Position numbers and translations under genes: made by a program. From Paecilomyces variotii (lineage: Eukaryota), in the NCBI GenBank assembly GCA_004022145.1, contig RCNU01000006.1: a stretch of DNA of 64,000 nucleotides; one strand, written 5' to 3'. Positions 12,051 to 24,700 of this stretch are shown here, one piece after another; positions within the stretch are counted from its first letter, which is position 1; every line of letters starts with the position of its first letter. The notes beneath the pieces were generated by a model, which saw only the letters and a list, made by a program, of their open reading frames with translations, had not been told where the DNA came from and searched no databases.

Positions 12051-14723
12051 CTATTTCTTCATCATCTCCGCAAGAGTAGACTCGAGATCTTTCTCTGAAG
12101 AAGAAGAAGATGATGATTCTCTGTTCAGATCCTCAGAGATAGGACTTAGGCTTATCATGCCGAAAGCGGGATCCTGCATATCAAAGCCCCTTATTAACGA
12201 CTGGGGTAATCCATTTAATTCTAGTCTTTCCTCACGGGTTGGGCTCGGGGAAAAAAAAAAAAGGAGAGGTTTGCGGTAATCGGACGGGTGGAGGGAAGGG
12301 GGCGGGGGAGAGGGTATGGGTTTAGGTAAGGGGGAGAAGTGGTAGCTTACGTGCATGAAGTAGATTCCAGTGATGGTTTTTCCGCTTGCTATTTCGATTT
12401 TTTTTGGTCTTTGACGGACGTGTGGACCGGAGGGGAGTCTGAGGAGAGGGATCGCGCTAGGTTGGAAGATAAAGGAGCGGTTGCGGTTTGTGGTGACCTG
12501 TGTGTGTGGATTTAGTAAGGAAGAAGGAAGGAAGAAGGGGGTGCGTGTATGGGCTCGGTGAGGACTTTTCTCAGGGGGTAAGGGAATGTTTGAACTTAGT
12601 AGGTAGTTACTTTACCTTTAGAGAGGTTATGGCGCCATATCTATACGATCCCGAACCAGAAGAGCTGAGAAAGAAATCTCCATCCACTTGGATTCCTGTC
12701 AGGCGCTCTCCGCCTGGACCGTCGATTGAAAATGGTGTCTTGACAGAATCATCGCCGCTAGCAGTCGAATGGCAGGCTCGTAGAGATCTCAATGGAGCGT
12801 CTTCTGTGTAGTAGAAATCGATTCCTACAATGGCTGCTTTTGATACTGTTACCGATATCTTGGTTAGGTATTTCAGGTATTGGCCGTTAGGCCCGCCAAA
12901 CATCACATGGATAATGGGTCGATATTCGTAAAGGGAGACGCTTCTCCCTGCGAAGGATGCTTCGTGGAGTTCGAGATGCTCTGCTGGAACACTCGGGTAC
13001 CAGAGGCCAGTGGATCGGAGTGGGAGATGCTCATGCACTGGGTCGTCTCCGAAAAGAGGCTCGCTCGCAGTCGGGACGGCCAATGAGACCATCTTGAAGC
13101 CCTATATGCCTGTTAGTGTCATGTCGCGTCCTCATAAGCATCTTTGTTCTTGGAACTCACGTCAAAGAAAGCTCTCAAGGAGTTGAGTGGCTTTCTCATG
13201 CAAAGTCGGGTAGTTTGGGGTAGACCATCTGGACTGCCCACCCAACTCGAGATATTTCCTGCCGTAGTTACCACTCGCAAGGCATGGATACCTCTCGGTC
13301 CAATTGCGAGAATGAAGCCATTCAACCTTCCGTTTAATTGTCGGATGTCTATCTGTGTCTCCGAGTTGGGCAGTACATAGCCCAGTAGCACGTCGTCTTC
13401 GTCGGCTGAAATCAATCGTAGGCCGCAAATGTACCGCTTTCCGCTAAAGGCACATATCGAGACCTTTATCTGGTATAAACTCTCAGGGATCGTCACGTCC
13501 TGCTCAAATATGGCTCTGCAAGGCATTCCAGAAGGAGAATGACCTTGTGACCGCGGAAGAAAGTCACCGCCTGCTGCCCTCCAGACGTCTTTACCCTGGG
13601 GCATTTCTCCCCGAATTCCGTGTTTGCTTCTTTCTAGACCTGGGCCTGTAAGAGGCCTCTGAAGAAGGAGGTCCACCAAGTCTCTAGTAGATTCCCAGAT
13701 TCTCTTCCTGTTCATCATTTCTCGCGAGGATGCGGCGTTCAATGCAGTCTTTTGGTAGAGGATCTTCCAGTCACGAGCTCTCTGCTCCAAAATATCACTG
13801 CATACCGGATCTGTCGCTTCGTATACGAATCCGCGTTCTTGAGATCGTTCAAACCTAGAGGCCCAGAACGCTTGACTCAGGGGAAGACTGGCGAAAGACC
13901 TGGAGACTGTTCTCAGACTGGACACGCTGCACGACGGTAGGAGCATCTGGATATGTTCAAGTAGTTCCTGTGGTAGCTGTTGAAAGCAATCAGGCTCTCC
14001 CTGGAAGACAGGAGAAATTGGGTTGGGGCTAGATTTCTCTTGTCGCTCACGGGAGTCCACAAGGGCTTGTTGGAGTTCAGGGACGTGTAGAGGTTCAGAT
14101 TTGAAATACGTCAGTGGTGAGTCCTCGTCGCCCAGATACCGCTTCACGTATCCGACAACATAGACATCTTCCCAAGGATAGCGATCCAAGGGAAGGCGAT
14201 CCATTAGTCGTCCATAGTCGTGACCCCAGTCCAACCAACCCTTCTTATGAGCAGGACATGAAAGGCATATGCTATAGAGCCGCTCCACTGGTACTGGGGA
14301 TGGGCTCAGCATCTTCTGGAGCAATTCCCAGCATGTTTCATGGAGAATGAATCCAGGACGTGGCTGTCTGGGAACCCCGATCAACGGTGGGAAGACATCT
14401 TCCTGCGTGTATTCATAAGTAGTATCATCCCAGCGCCTGTTGGGATCTGACGGAGCAGATACTGGACTATGACGAGCGATGTAGCCACCGACTCCGGTTA
14501 AGAATGGCTCTCCATCAAGAAGATCTGGATCCGTTTTACAGCGAACTGGTCCAAGTCAGCATGATCGGTTCCAAAAATATAGAGATCAAGCTCCCTTGGG
14601 AAACAGAGAGCACAAGAAAACATAGTACAGACTTGCACGGAACTCTCTTCGCCAGGAGTTGCCCATATGGCGATATGGGACATCTGCCCCGCAAATAACG
14701 CAAAGCGGCGACACAGCCTCCAT
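12051..14723 (-). CDS. F-box-like domain protein (fungal family with N-terminal CxxCG and WxxEFRA motifs, DUF7600-type C-terminus), 5 exons, ~743 aa
   Basis: Exons 14723-14633, 14545-13161, 13101-12616, 12497-12351, 12173-12051 join in frame; MEAVSPLCVICG..SWRREFRA, GFILHETCW, F-box-like FQQLPQELLEHIQMLLPSCSVSSLRTVSRSF, NRKRIW. Confidence 0.8.
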
Positions 14724-15499
14724 TGTTCGATGCGTACTCGACCAGTTTGTCGTGCAGGATATCCTCGGGTCTCAAGATACGTTCTTCATAAGTACTTAAG
14801 AGTACAAGAACTGCATCAGAGCAGACAAGTGGCGGAGACTATGTCCGGGAAGATGATGGAAGATATCAATGCAGCCCTGGGGGTGTGTTGGAAGAGACGA
14901 GCTGGTTTTGGATCACAAAGAGAACTGCTCCAGTCAGTAGCACATTATGTAGACGAACGAAGGGATGAATCGAATCAGGCAGCACAATATAGGAGCATCA
15001 ATACATTTTTGGCCCCCTTGGTTAGTAGCCAGCCCGGTGGTCTCAAGGGAGCAATCAAACGAGCGGAGAAGCTACGCACGGTGAATCCTTTAACGCCTTG
15101 GAAAGATCGAGGATCCATTCGAGATGCGCGGTGAGCTGATGAAGCCAAGCCAATCGAACAGAAAGATGCAGCCGCGGCAACTAGGTAACAATCGTACTGC
15201 GTTGGCAGCATCCGACGCTGTGCTTATGCGGTTCGGGATGAGGATCGGCATTGTTTCTCCTCTCATGACAGCTGATGGTCTGGGGCACACCATAAACGAA
15301 CTGAAGCCAATATACTTACTGCATGAAAAACCAGTCCTTGAAACTTTTTGTACGTTTTAGAATTACATACATCATTGACCTTGTCAACAAGAAAACCAAA
15401 AAAATGTCTATGAATACGCCGCGCAGCGAGCTCAAGATGCTCTAAAGACTCACAACTGCAAGAACTAGACTATTCCATGCGCTGTTGAATTGCCCTACT

Positions 15500-18400
15500 T
15501 CATTCATAGTCCCTCACATACCGACCGGGCAAATCCACATCCCACATCGGTCGCTCCACAACTGCAACCTCGAGAAGACCTTGATCATCTTCTGCGTCCT
15601 CATCTTCATCTTCATCTCCCCCGGATCTTTGAAGTGGGACAACACCAAGCAGATCTCGGTACTTGTATGTATGCCACCATCGGCGTGGTGGCTGCGGATG
15701 TCCATCATTATCAACCTGCACGAGCTGTTGCTGCGAGGGGGAATCAAAACGGGCTTGGGCCTTTTTCTTCGGCGTAGGAGTATCACCGTTTGCTGTACCA
15801 TTCAGAAGGCGCTTCGAGAGATCAGCACCGTTCTCTTCCTGTCGAGAACCGCGGCGCAGGCGAGCTAGATTTGCTTCACTCTCGGCGATGAACTCTTCGT
15901 CATGCTCGTAGTCGTCTCCGTCGTCACCACGTCGATTTCTCTTCTCGAGCGAAATCCACTCCCCTTGGGCCTCGTCACGGCCGTCAATCTTGCGTACTTT
16001 GGTGCCCATGGAGACGTCAGCCTGTGAACGGGGAATCCGGTCTCCAGCACCACTGTTTTGCTTTTTCCTTTCAAATGCTTCGTCCTCTTCCAAATCCCGT
16101 TTTCTCTTGTGCGATGCAGCTTTGACCAGATCCGTGCTACCCTGGCCATCTTCATGGTCATCGAGCTTCTCTGAGGGGAAGTCCTGCGTCAGATCGAACA
16201 TCCACAGCCAGGATGTGCCGTAGAGCCAAAGACGTTCACGCCCATCATGAACGTCCCAGACAGCTCCCATAGCTCGGTCTTTGACACCAGTAAATTCAGC
16301 CGGGAGATATGCCTTGGGGTTCCGCCTTGACCATTCAGATAGCTTTCCTTTCGATGCGTCGAACTCAACCAGTTGGTGTTCACTAGTCACCACCATCAAA
16401 CGGTACTCTGCCGTCTGATTGTCATGAGCAGGATGGTCAGATCCGTTTGTAAGCAACTTCGTTTTCGCATCAGCCTGGGGGCGGAAGGAGAGCAGGATGA
16501 TTCCTGATTGTAGACGAGGTATCGGCGACTCCAGGGATGCAAGTTGCCAACGTTGACCCTCAATAATAGGCTGCTCATCCTCATCGTCGGACTCCTCATC
16601 AGAGTCTTCCTCTGCTCTCCGTGGCTTCTTGGATGCATCTTCTGTGGCATCCGTGAGCGTCCAGGTGTCCACGCAGCCAGATAAATCTCCCGCTGCAAGG
16701 ATTTTGCTGTTATCGGAGAATGCAACCGATCGTATCGTCCTCTCAAAATTTCCGAGCGTACCATGTCCCGCTTTCTCATGTCGAGCATGGCGCGGGGCTC
16801 TCTCAACCTTGGTGAGCTCAGGGAGCACCTGGGGCTTTTCTTGCGGGGATACCGCTGGCACGATCCTAGCAAGGTAGATATCGCTATTAGGACGGACAAC
16901 ACAGAGCCACCGGCTGTCGGATGATAGGGAGACAAGTCGCGCCCCCTCGTCTGCCAAGTCGGAAGGAAGATCTAGCTTCTGCACGCGGAGAGTCCCTCTC
17001 TCATCACCCTTCCGTCTGCGGACAGAGAACAGCTTCACGCTAGAGATAGTGGCGACAGCAAGAAGCTTGCCATCCGGCGAAAGCATAGCCGACGCGATGT
17101 TCTCTTCACCCTATTGTTCCATTAGAACCGCATACCAAACAGCCGTTCATGCTGATGAGATCTTACCTGGACCAGAACCTTTGCAACAAGTCGATGCTTC
17201 GGCGCATCGATACCTTCGGCCAACGACTCAAGACCACGAGACATGCGCCATATGCTGACCTCCCTATCCCAGAAGCTCATTATCAACCGTGAGGACGGAG
17301 CGGATGTGATCTGCGGAATTTGTGGGAGGGCAGAGAGCTTCCTATGGTGTTCCTTTCCGAATTCTCTCATTGGGAGAACAACAGGAGAGGCGTCAGGACC
17401 TGGAAATGGCGGTTAGTTCTCTATCACAGCAAATTGAGTGGGCATGGATCATACCTCCGGACACGACAATGCTAATTTCCTTGGTCTCATACACGGCAAA
17501 TGTCTTGACATCATGTGTATGATACCGCCGATGCATAACCTCTGCCCACCTCCGTCGTTTGTCACCCTTCTCCCCTTCCTTCAGCCTATAAACAACAGTT
17601 CTCTGATCGGCACCTCCACTGATGACGGTCTCACCATCTGCACTGACAGCGACGTCCAGCACATCCGCCTGGTGGTTCTGTAGACGCTGAATGAGGGAGT
17701 AGTTCTTCGCATCCCAAAATCGGATTTCTCCGGTCGAGTCACCCGAGACGATGGTACCATCGGGCAGACACTTGACCGTCCAAACTAAGATCTCCTTTGG
17801 CCCACCAGTGGGACCCCTACCAAGAGATACAGTCCTCAACAGCTGTCCGTTTCGAATATCGAACAATCGGATAGAGCTGTCGGCATATCCGGCAACGATA
17901 ATATCGCGAGTCTGGAAGGTGATGCTAAGAACTCTTGCTCGCTTCGTAGATGGACGCATTATTCGTAGGAACTTGAGATCTGAATCGGCAGTCGATAGAA
18001 TGACTATCGAGCCGTCCGCACATCCCGCAGCGAGATGCTGCCCAGTGTATTCTCCTTCTGCGGGAGGCAGAAGTTTTCCATCCTTGCCTCTTTTTGTAGC
18101 TTTCCACCTTGGCTGAGCTGCTAGACACCAGATCTCTCCATAGTTTCCACTCGAGTGGCGTGCAGGACGGCCCTGCTCGAGGTCCCACTCCGTGACCGCA
18201 GTCGAATAACCGATACTGAACAGACGCAGTTTGCCAGGCAGCTTGCTGTTGCTGCCATCAGGGTTATCCTCTGCCGGATCAAGTGTCCAAACAAGCCCTT
18301 CGATACTGCGATCCTTGCCTCCTCGAAAGACCGTCTCTTGAAACCAAGCGCCTCGCAGGGGATTCCAAATCTCGATGTCACCGTTCGCGCGACCAATCGC

Positions 18401-18517
18401 AAGTCTCAGGGTCGGAACTCCTCGTCCAGCCTGATCTGCCGCCGGAGGATGCGAGAATGCTAGCGCATTGATTGCCTGGGGATTGTATGGCACGAAGCGA
18501 CAACGATGAATATCCAT
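15500..18517 (-). CDS. UTP4: U3 snoRNA-associated protein Utp4 (WD40, SSU processome), 3 exons, 968 aa
   Basis: Exons 18517-17455, 17399-17167, 17110-15500; MDIHRCRFVPY, LAIGRANGDIEIWNP, HTHDVK, WLYGTSWLWMFDL, C-terminal VVERPMWD. Confidence 0.95.
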
Positions 18518-18548
18518 GGCTGACGGTATAGCTGCGGTGAACTCGGTC

Positions 18549-18795
18549 TGAAATTTTGCGCTGAAATCCAGAAATGAAGAAGGCAGACAAAGTATCGCGA
18601 TCAATCTGTGCCTTCTACGACCGAAGTCGCCCGCTATGCAGCCATGTCACGCACCGAGATATTGCGTTGACGAGGGTGTTGCTGGTGCTGCGATTCTTTT
18701 TTCAGCGGTTGCTATCTTTTCTTCGCGGTTATTTTCTGCCCGCCGAACATTTTTCCTATGGGGAAGTTTTTCCCGGGGCCGTATCATCACGTGAC
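18549..18795 (-). promoter_or_regulatory. UTP4 upstream region with an RRPE-like element and an E-box
   Basis: GAAATTTT at ~18550-18557 (RRPE-like, typical of ribosome-biogenesis genes) and TCACGTGAC at 18787-18795 (bHLH E-box). Confidence 0.35.
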
Positions 18796-21700
18796 TCGGT
18801 TCCACTTACCCCTATGTTTCAGTTGGCTGGAAAGTCCTGTATCTAGTATGTACAGTACATTAGAAAAATATTGAATGCTTGATTGCTGTTCCCAGTCTCT
18901 ACAAGGCATTTTATGAGCTAATAGATGCACTAGGTAGTACACATGGTTATCTCATTCATTCTGGCTAGGTCATCATTATATGCCAGGAGTGGTCCATCGG
19001 CTAGTCTAGGCTAACTACCTTAGGTAAGTGTACGGAGTACCATATACATAGTTATGAGATATCTGATGAATTTCCTTATTGAATCACCCTTATCTCCTAA
19101 GTTTGACCCCTCAGAATTCGAAACATTGGCGAAAACAGGTAAGAATATGCTAGAATCTATCCAACATAGAAATAAGTATAAGCCCGTTTAGAGAAGACCT
19201 GATGGTCCAAGCGAAATCCTATACAATACGAGACTTCCTTGTCCAGATGGGACTGAAAAATCTCTCTCGGTCGAGCCAAATGAATCGCATCCATTCACTA
19301 CCAATAATGATAGTTATTATAGCCTCTGGAAAAAGCATTGTAACGAGGATATGTCAGCATTGGCAGAAGTGAGATAGAGCAAGAATGATTCATCCTTGAT
19401 CAAGCGCTTGTCTATGCATAACTATCTCACAGATATTCCAAGTTTACTAGACAAGGTAGCTTGTTCTATTTATCGGGAATGCCTCGTCTAGAGGGTATCA
19501 GAAGAAAGAACAAGTCATATATACAGCAGCAAGAATGGGTTGTCCTATCTATCATGAGATTCGTGCATCGGGCTTGTTCATAGAGAGCTGACAACACATA
19601 TCCTGTAAGGATGGTTCTGGCTCGCTAGACATTCTATAGAGAGCTAGTCGGGTAATTAGAGGGATGTTATGGTATGTTCCATTAATAGGATTATCGATGA
19701 AATTCTCTATGCTTTGATGAGTGAGGCACCCTATTAGCTATCACAGCTCGCAGTCACAGCTTAGGCCAGGGCATCGCTTCTCATAGTAAGGAGGGCTCCG
19801 ATACCTTTAATCGATTGTCAACTGATATTCACCGAACTCGCTTTCGTGTTAAAGGAAGTTTTGATAGTCCATATGCCACATGATCGTTGATGTATAACAC
19901 GTTATACAGGAAGTCGAGACGGAGCAGGTAAGTAATCCATGGGAGTATAGACTTTGACGTTGGAGTATAATACCGTCGCCCAATGTATCGAAGCTGCAAT
20001 TTCTCTAGAGAACTGTAAGTATTACTTATTGCTTGAGCGTTCATCGTCTCGATCAATGATTACAACAAGCACGCGCACCCGAACCAGGCGGTATTTCAAT
20101 CCGACCCCTGTGTCGCAAACGAACATCGAGAAACCTTGCTTTTTTATGCAACAACGGCACAGAACCTGAAATAACAACGCTTAGTAGCCAGCCATGATAT
20201 CGCCGTCCAGCTGTGGTAGAGACGCGACGAAGAGCAGTGCAACCTAGAGCACGCAACACAGCACGGCATTGAAGGTAAGCAGTAGTTGTAATTATTGCCG
20301 GTTCCTGTATCGATGTCATGTACGCAGGGTGTATATGGTATCTCATAGGTCTCCCAAAAAGATCGGAGGATTGCCACGTCACTCGGTCTGGTATGGGGTG
20401 GCTTGCCCGTGCGGTGCGGCGGATGATAATGACGAGGGGCTATTGAGCGTGCCCCTCGTTTCTCTGTCGTGGGATCCCTGATAAGATACGCATTTGAACT
20501 CTGGCTATGCCGCAGTCTCAGCCCAGTAGGAACTATTTCCTGCTCTCTGCCAGGGGTTGCCTGGTTCTTTGCGTGCATATGCTAGTATCAAGCGCAAGAT
20601 CTGGCTCGTGGAGGCTTTGGGGCAAATCATGCTTCAGGTCGGTTCGCCGGCGAAAGAAAACCTGGCATTACTCGCGCAGATCGCGCAGCTGCGACGTCTA
20701 CTACTGCCAAGGCGCTGTCTTTCTCTTACATTGTGAGCTGAATCGATGAGGAGAAAAGTTCAATCGGGAGACCTGATTGGAAGCTATGTTTACAAGGTTA
20801 GAAGACTGCGGGGCGTTTGAAGTATTGTTAAATGGCAACTCCGCGTTGATAAACGCACTCGTGGAGCTGGGTTTCCACTGTCGAGTGCCACAATCGCCAG
20901 AAACTTTCGACCAGATTCAATCAAAAGCATTTGTTGGTGTCTCTCTCAGGGGATCGAATGCATCATAGCAGTGTAAAGAGCGCCAATTGCATCTAGCATT
21001 TCTGATTGAACCTCCGCAAGCGAAACGCGCATCTAGGAGTCTCCGACAAGGACCTATCGCGTGGCTACCAGGAAACTAATCCATTTGAAATTCTGGGACG
21101 CGAAGACCTGGGAGCAGGCAAGGCAAGCGGTTCGCGATTCCGACGCAAAGGATAGTTAGAAGTTTATCTGCGACTATTACATCTATCTCGCAGCCAGCTA
21201 TAAGCGCGCGACGACAACATACTCAGCCATAGCGTGTTCCCGAAATTTGGATCATTTATGTGATACATCTAGACGTAACCTCGCTAAATCAAGTACCTGA
21301 TTTGTGTTAAAAGAGCACGAGACAAAGGCAATTAGTTAAGAAAAGAAGAATGCTTACTACAGGCGGCGTTGCAGGTAACTAACTAGATGCATACTTAAGC
21401 CGGCTGCATGCGGGCGTCTCAAGATTAAAGAACAAGATATGACTAGAGGAATATGCCTGTATTTCAAAAAAGGTCTATTCCCTTTTCCCGTTTACAAGAA
21501 TAGCCATTGATGGATGGCGCTGTTGATTACGATCGTACACGATCGCAAAAGTCGATTATACTTCCGGGTAAACCATCAACGCGCAACCAGAAGTAGGCAT
21601 AGCTGCAGTTTCAGCGGCGCAGGTTCTGTCTCGAGTTTAGCACGACCTTCAACCTTCAATAATGTCAGGTTCTTTCGGGCTTGGCTCATTAAACTCCCAT

Positions 21701-24700
21701 AACAGGAAATCGTGGTGTTTTGAGTACCTGTTCTGCTTGAAGCATAAATCACAGCATGCTGGCGTGCTAATTTGATAAGTATGTGCATGGATGTTTTCCT
21801 CCCGTCGGTGGCAAGAGGGATTTGACAAGAACCCCTATGTCAGCCAGCGCGGGTTTCATAAACAACTCCAGCATAAACGTGCAAGTATATAATCCCATTG
21901 ACTCTATGGATCAAGAACCAGAGGGCATTGAGTGTCTCGAAGGACCCATCCCGGGGATGTGAGACGCAAACAAACGGCATTCAAGTTTTGTACTACGCTG
22001 AGCATGATTAAGAGGGCCGAAGTTGCAGCTCAATCCATCGATAACGATAACGCTACTATTTTCCTTCAAGATGACGAGAATCTGTTGCAGTTTCCGCACT
22101 CGGTGTGACTCCGAAATGATCGCGTGCTGGGACGCGGCTGAAGCTTCTTTACCTGTTTGACCGTCCAGCGAAGTGGGTTCAGGAGTCGCAATCCTTTCCG
22201 GGGGGGCCAGGAACTCTGGGACCAAAAAGACGAGAATCACAACGCGCCTGATCGACAATAAATAAATATAAACGCGATGTTTAGATAGAGAGTACGGTCA
22301 AAACATCAAATCAGCGGGACAAAGCCAATGGAGCTGTGTCGACACGCCTTCAATGGTGCTTTGTGTTGCCTTCGCGTGCGCCATGCTGTTTGTTCGCTTG
22401 CCCGGGGGGGCAAATCTGGTAGAAACCCCTGGTATTCTCGTGGGATGCCTAACCAACACTTGTAACGTAAAGCTCCGGGCAAACTGGCCGCAACTGAGCC
22501 GTGTTGAAGCGTCCAGGAGCAAGAATTATTGACGCGAACGAACGAGAGTGAAAACTATTGAAAGGAAAATCAAGCCCGTCGTCCTCGGATATCCTGATCA
22601 CAGACCGCATGTGTACCGTAGTTTGAGAAGAGGTCAATTATGCAGGAGAGAAGGCATTGGCACAGCTGCCAGATGACGGCATGCTCCTTTTTAATCGGCT
22701 CTTCCGTGGCCTTCTACGGTAAGATACCCATATGAACCCATATTAATCCTTTTGGGGTTTGTGGAGTCTCTGACGATAGTATCCGCCTCGTCTGCCTACG
22801 GTCAACTCTATCCAGCGTAGTATCCGGGACGGTCTGTACTGTATAGAATACTTGTCGAGTGTGCTGTACGTTTCTTACACCTCTGATGTTACAATACTGT
22901 AAACCTCTGTATAGGATACATACGGCCATTACCACTTGGTCTGTGACCCTTTACGAGACAACAAGCAACACGGTAAGGCCGGCTGGGAGGCTCTGAGCCA
23001 GTCGAAAGCGCGCCTTGGAACGATCAAGAACGTAAACAGAACACAAGCGAACGGCGAAGAGCGCTTGAGACGTTAGTTGAGCCCAGACGAAGGCAAAGAC
23101 GCGGGTTTTCCCAAAAGAGGCATATTGCCATCTATCGTGCAAGGGAACTCATCGCCTATGTTGCAGTCGGAATTGTGGCGTTCTGATTCGTCAAACCTGC
23201 ATCGCTTTCGAGTATACAGGCAAACGCCATGCCGCTCTTTTGCTAGCTCTCTTGCAGCAGTAGATTCTGTGGGATGAGATGGTTGTTCATGTTATTATAT
23301 CAATCTTTATTGCGAGAGCTATTACTTTGTATAAATTCCATTTTTCTCCTAGAGACTTAAAGATCTGGCATCTACCTATTATGTTTTCTCTTTCAGCCAC
23401 ATATATAAACGATCAAGGATCGTAGCTCAGCCAGACTAAGCCACCAGTAGCACAGCAAGAAGACGAATTCTCATTGTCCTGTTGGCGCGAGGGGAAAGAA
23501 TTAGACATCTCGTACACGACCTACACTCGTAGCTTGCTTAAGGAAGATAAAAAAAATTTTTTTTCTTAAGCGGAGCTCCGTAGGACGAAAACAAAGAGAA
23601 ACACGAGGCGTTACCCGCGACTTACCAGTTCAAACTGCCTTTGTCACCCGACTGATTTCCGAATGTGGAGATTCGATGCAGGTACTCGGTGTATCGTGTC
23701 TTATATATAACGAGTGGACTGTTTGTACAGTAAATTCGACGCCTATGCGAACGCGCGCGTAGTCTACCAGTCTTTTTCACCGTTTTCTTCACCGCGCCTA
23801 ACAGATTTTTGCCAGAGAATGCCTCCGCCAGCGTTCCTCTCATTGCCCTTTCCGCCCTTCCAGACTGTCCGCTATGACATGATCAAAACTGCCTTACGTC
23901 CACTTGGTCCCCAACCCGCTCCGTCCGGCGATTTACCTAGCCTCCAGATTTGCCCTGCCCAGTAGTGGATCGGAACTGGGAAATCGCAGTGGGGTGGCGG
24001 AGGAAACAAAAAAATCGAAGTTGATTTTTTCTTCTTTTTCTTTCGATCTGTTCCTTTTTTGTTTCGAGGTTTTCCTCGGCGGGCCGGGCCCTGATGTCAA
24101 ACCGCTGTTTCGTTGTGGGGAGCGGACCATTGTTCTTTTCTGCATTTTACAATCTCTCGCGTGGCAGAGGTCCGTTGAGAGACGAGACAAAAATTTTCTC
24201 CCGCTCTTCTCGCCTCTCATCGTGCTGCTCGCTCCGCTGTGGATTTCTGACATCTATTATTTTGTTCCGCTTTCAACTGCCCTTGACCTTTTTGGATCAT
24301 TCGCCCGTGTAATTGTATAGAAAACCGTGTAGATGGTGGTTAAGCGACGCCCCGAGGAAGAAAAATCTAGAAAGCTCAAGACCGGGATCCAAGAACCCGA
24401 AAATCTCTATGTGTTATATTATATAACTATGATGAGCATAAATTTTTATAACTACTGTATCCTGTTACTCCTGGTACAGGAATAGTTAGTCGTCCTCTTT
24501 TTACTTACACGCAACTCGGAAATAGGAGGGTCGTCTCCACACGGACGTGACACACCGACAACGAATGCTTGGTAAAGGAAAGACCACTTCACTAATGATA
24601 CTAGAGCGCTACTGTACTGGCTCGTTCTCCACGTTGCACACACCTCACCAGTTTAAGTTAATTACGGAGCAGTTAACTAACCACAGAAACCCCGAGTAAG

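Noticed and set aside
19100..22260. Possible decayed gene(s) in the left part of the gene-free tract
   Set aside because: Some coding-like stretches interrupted by stops, but no family motif I can identify; needs TBLASTX.
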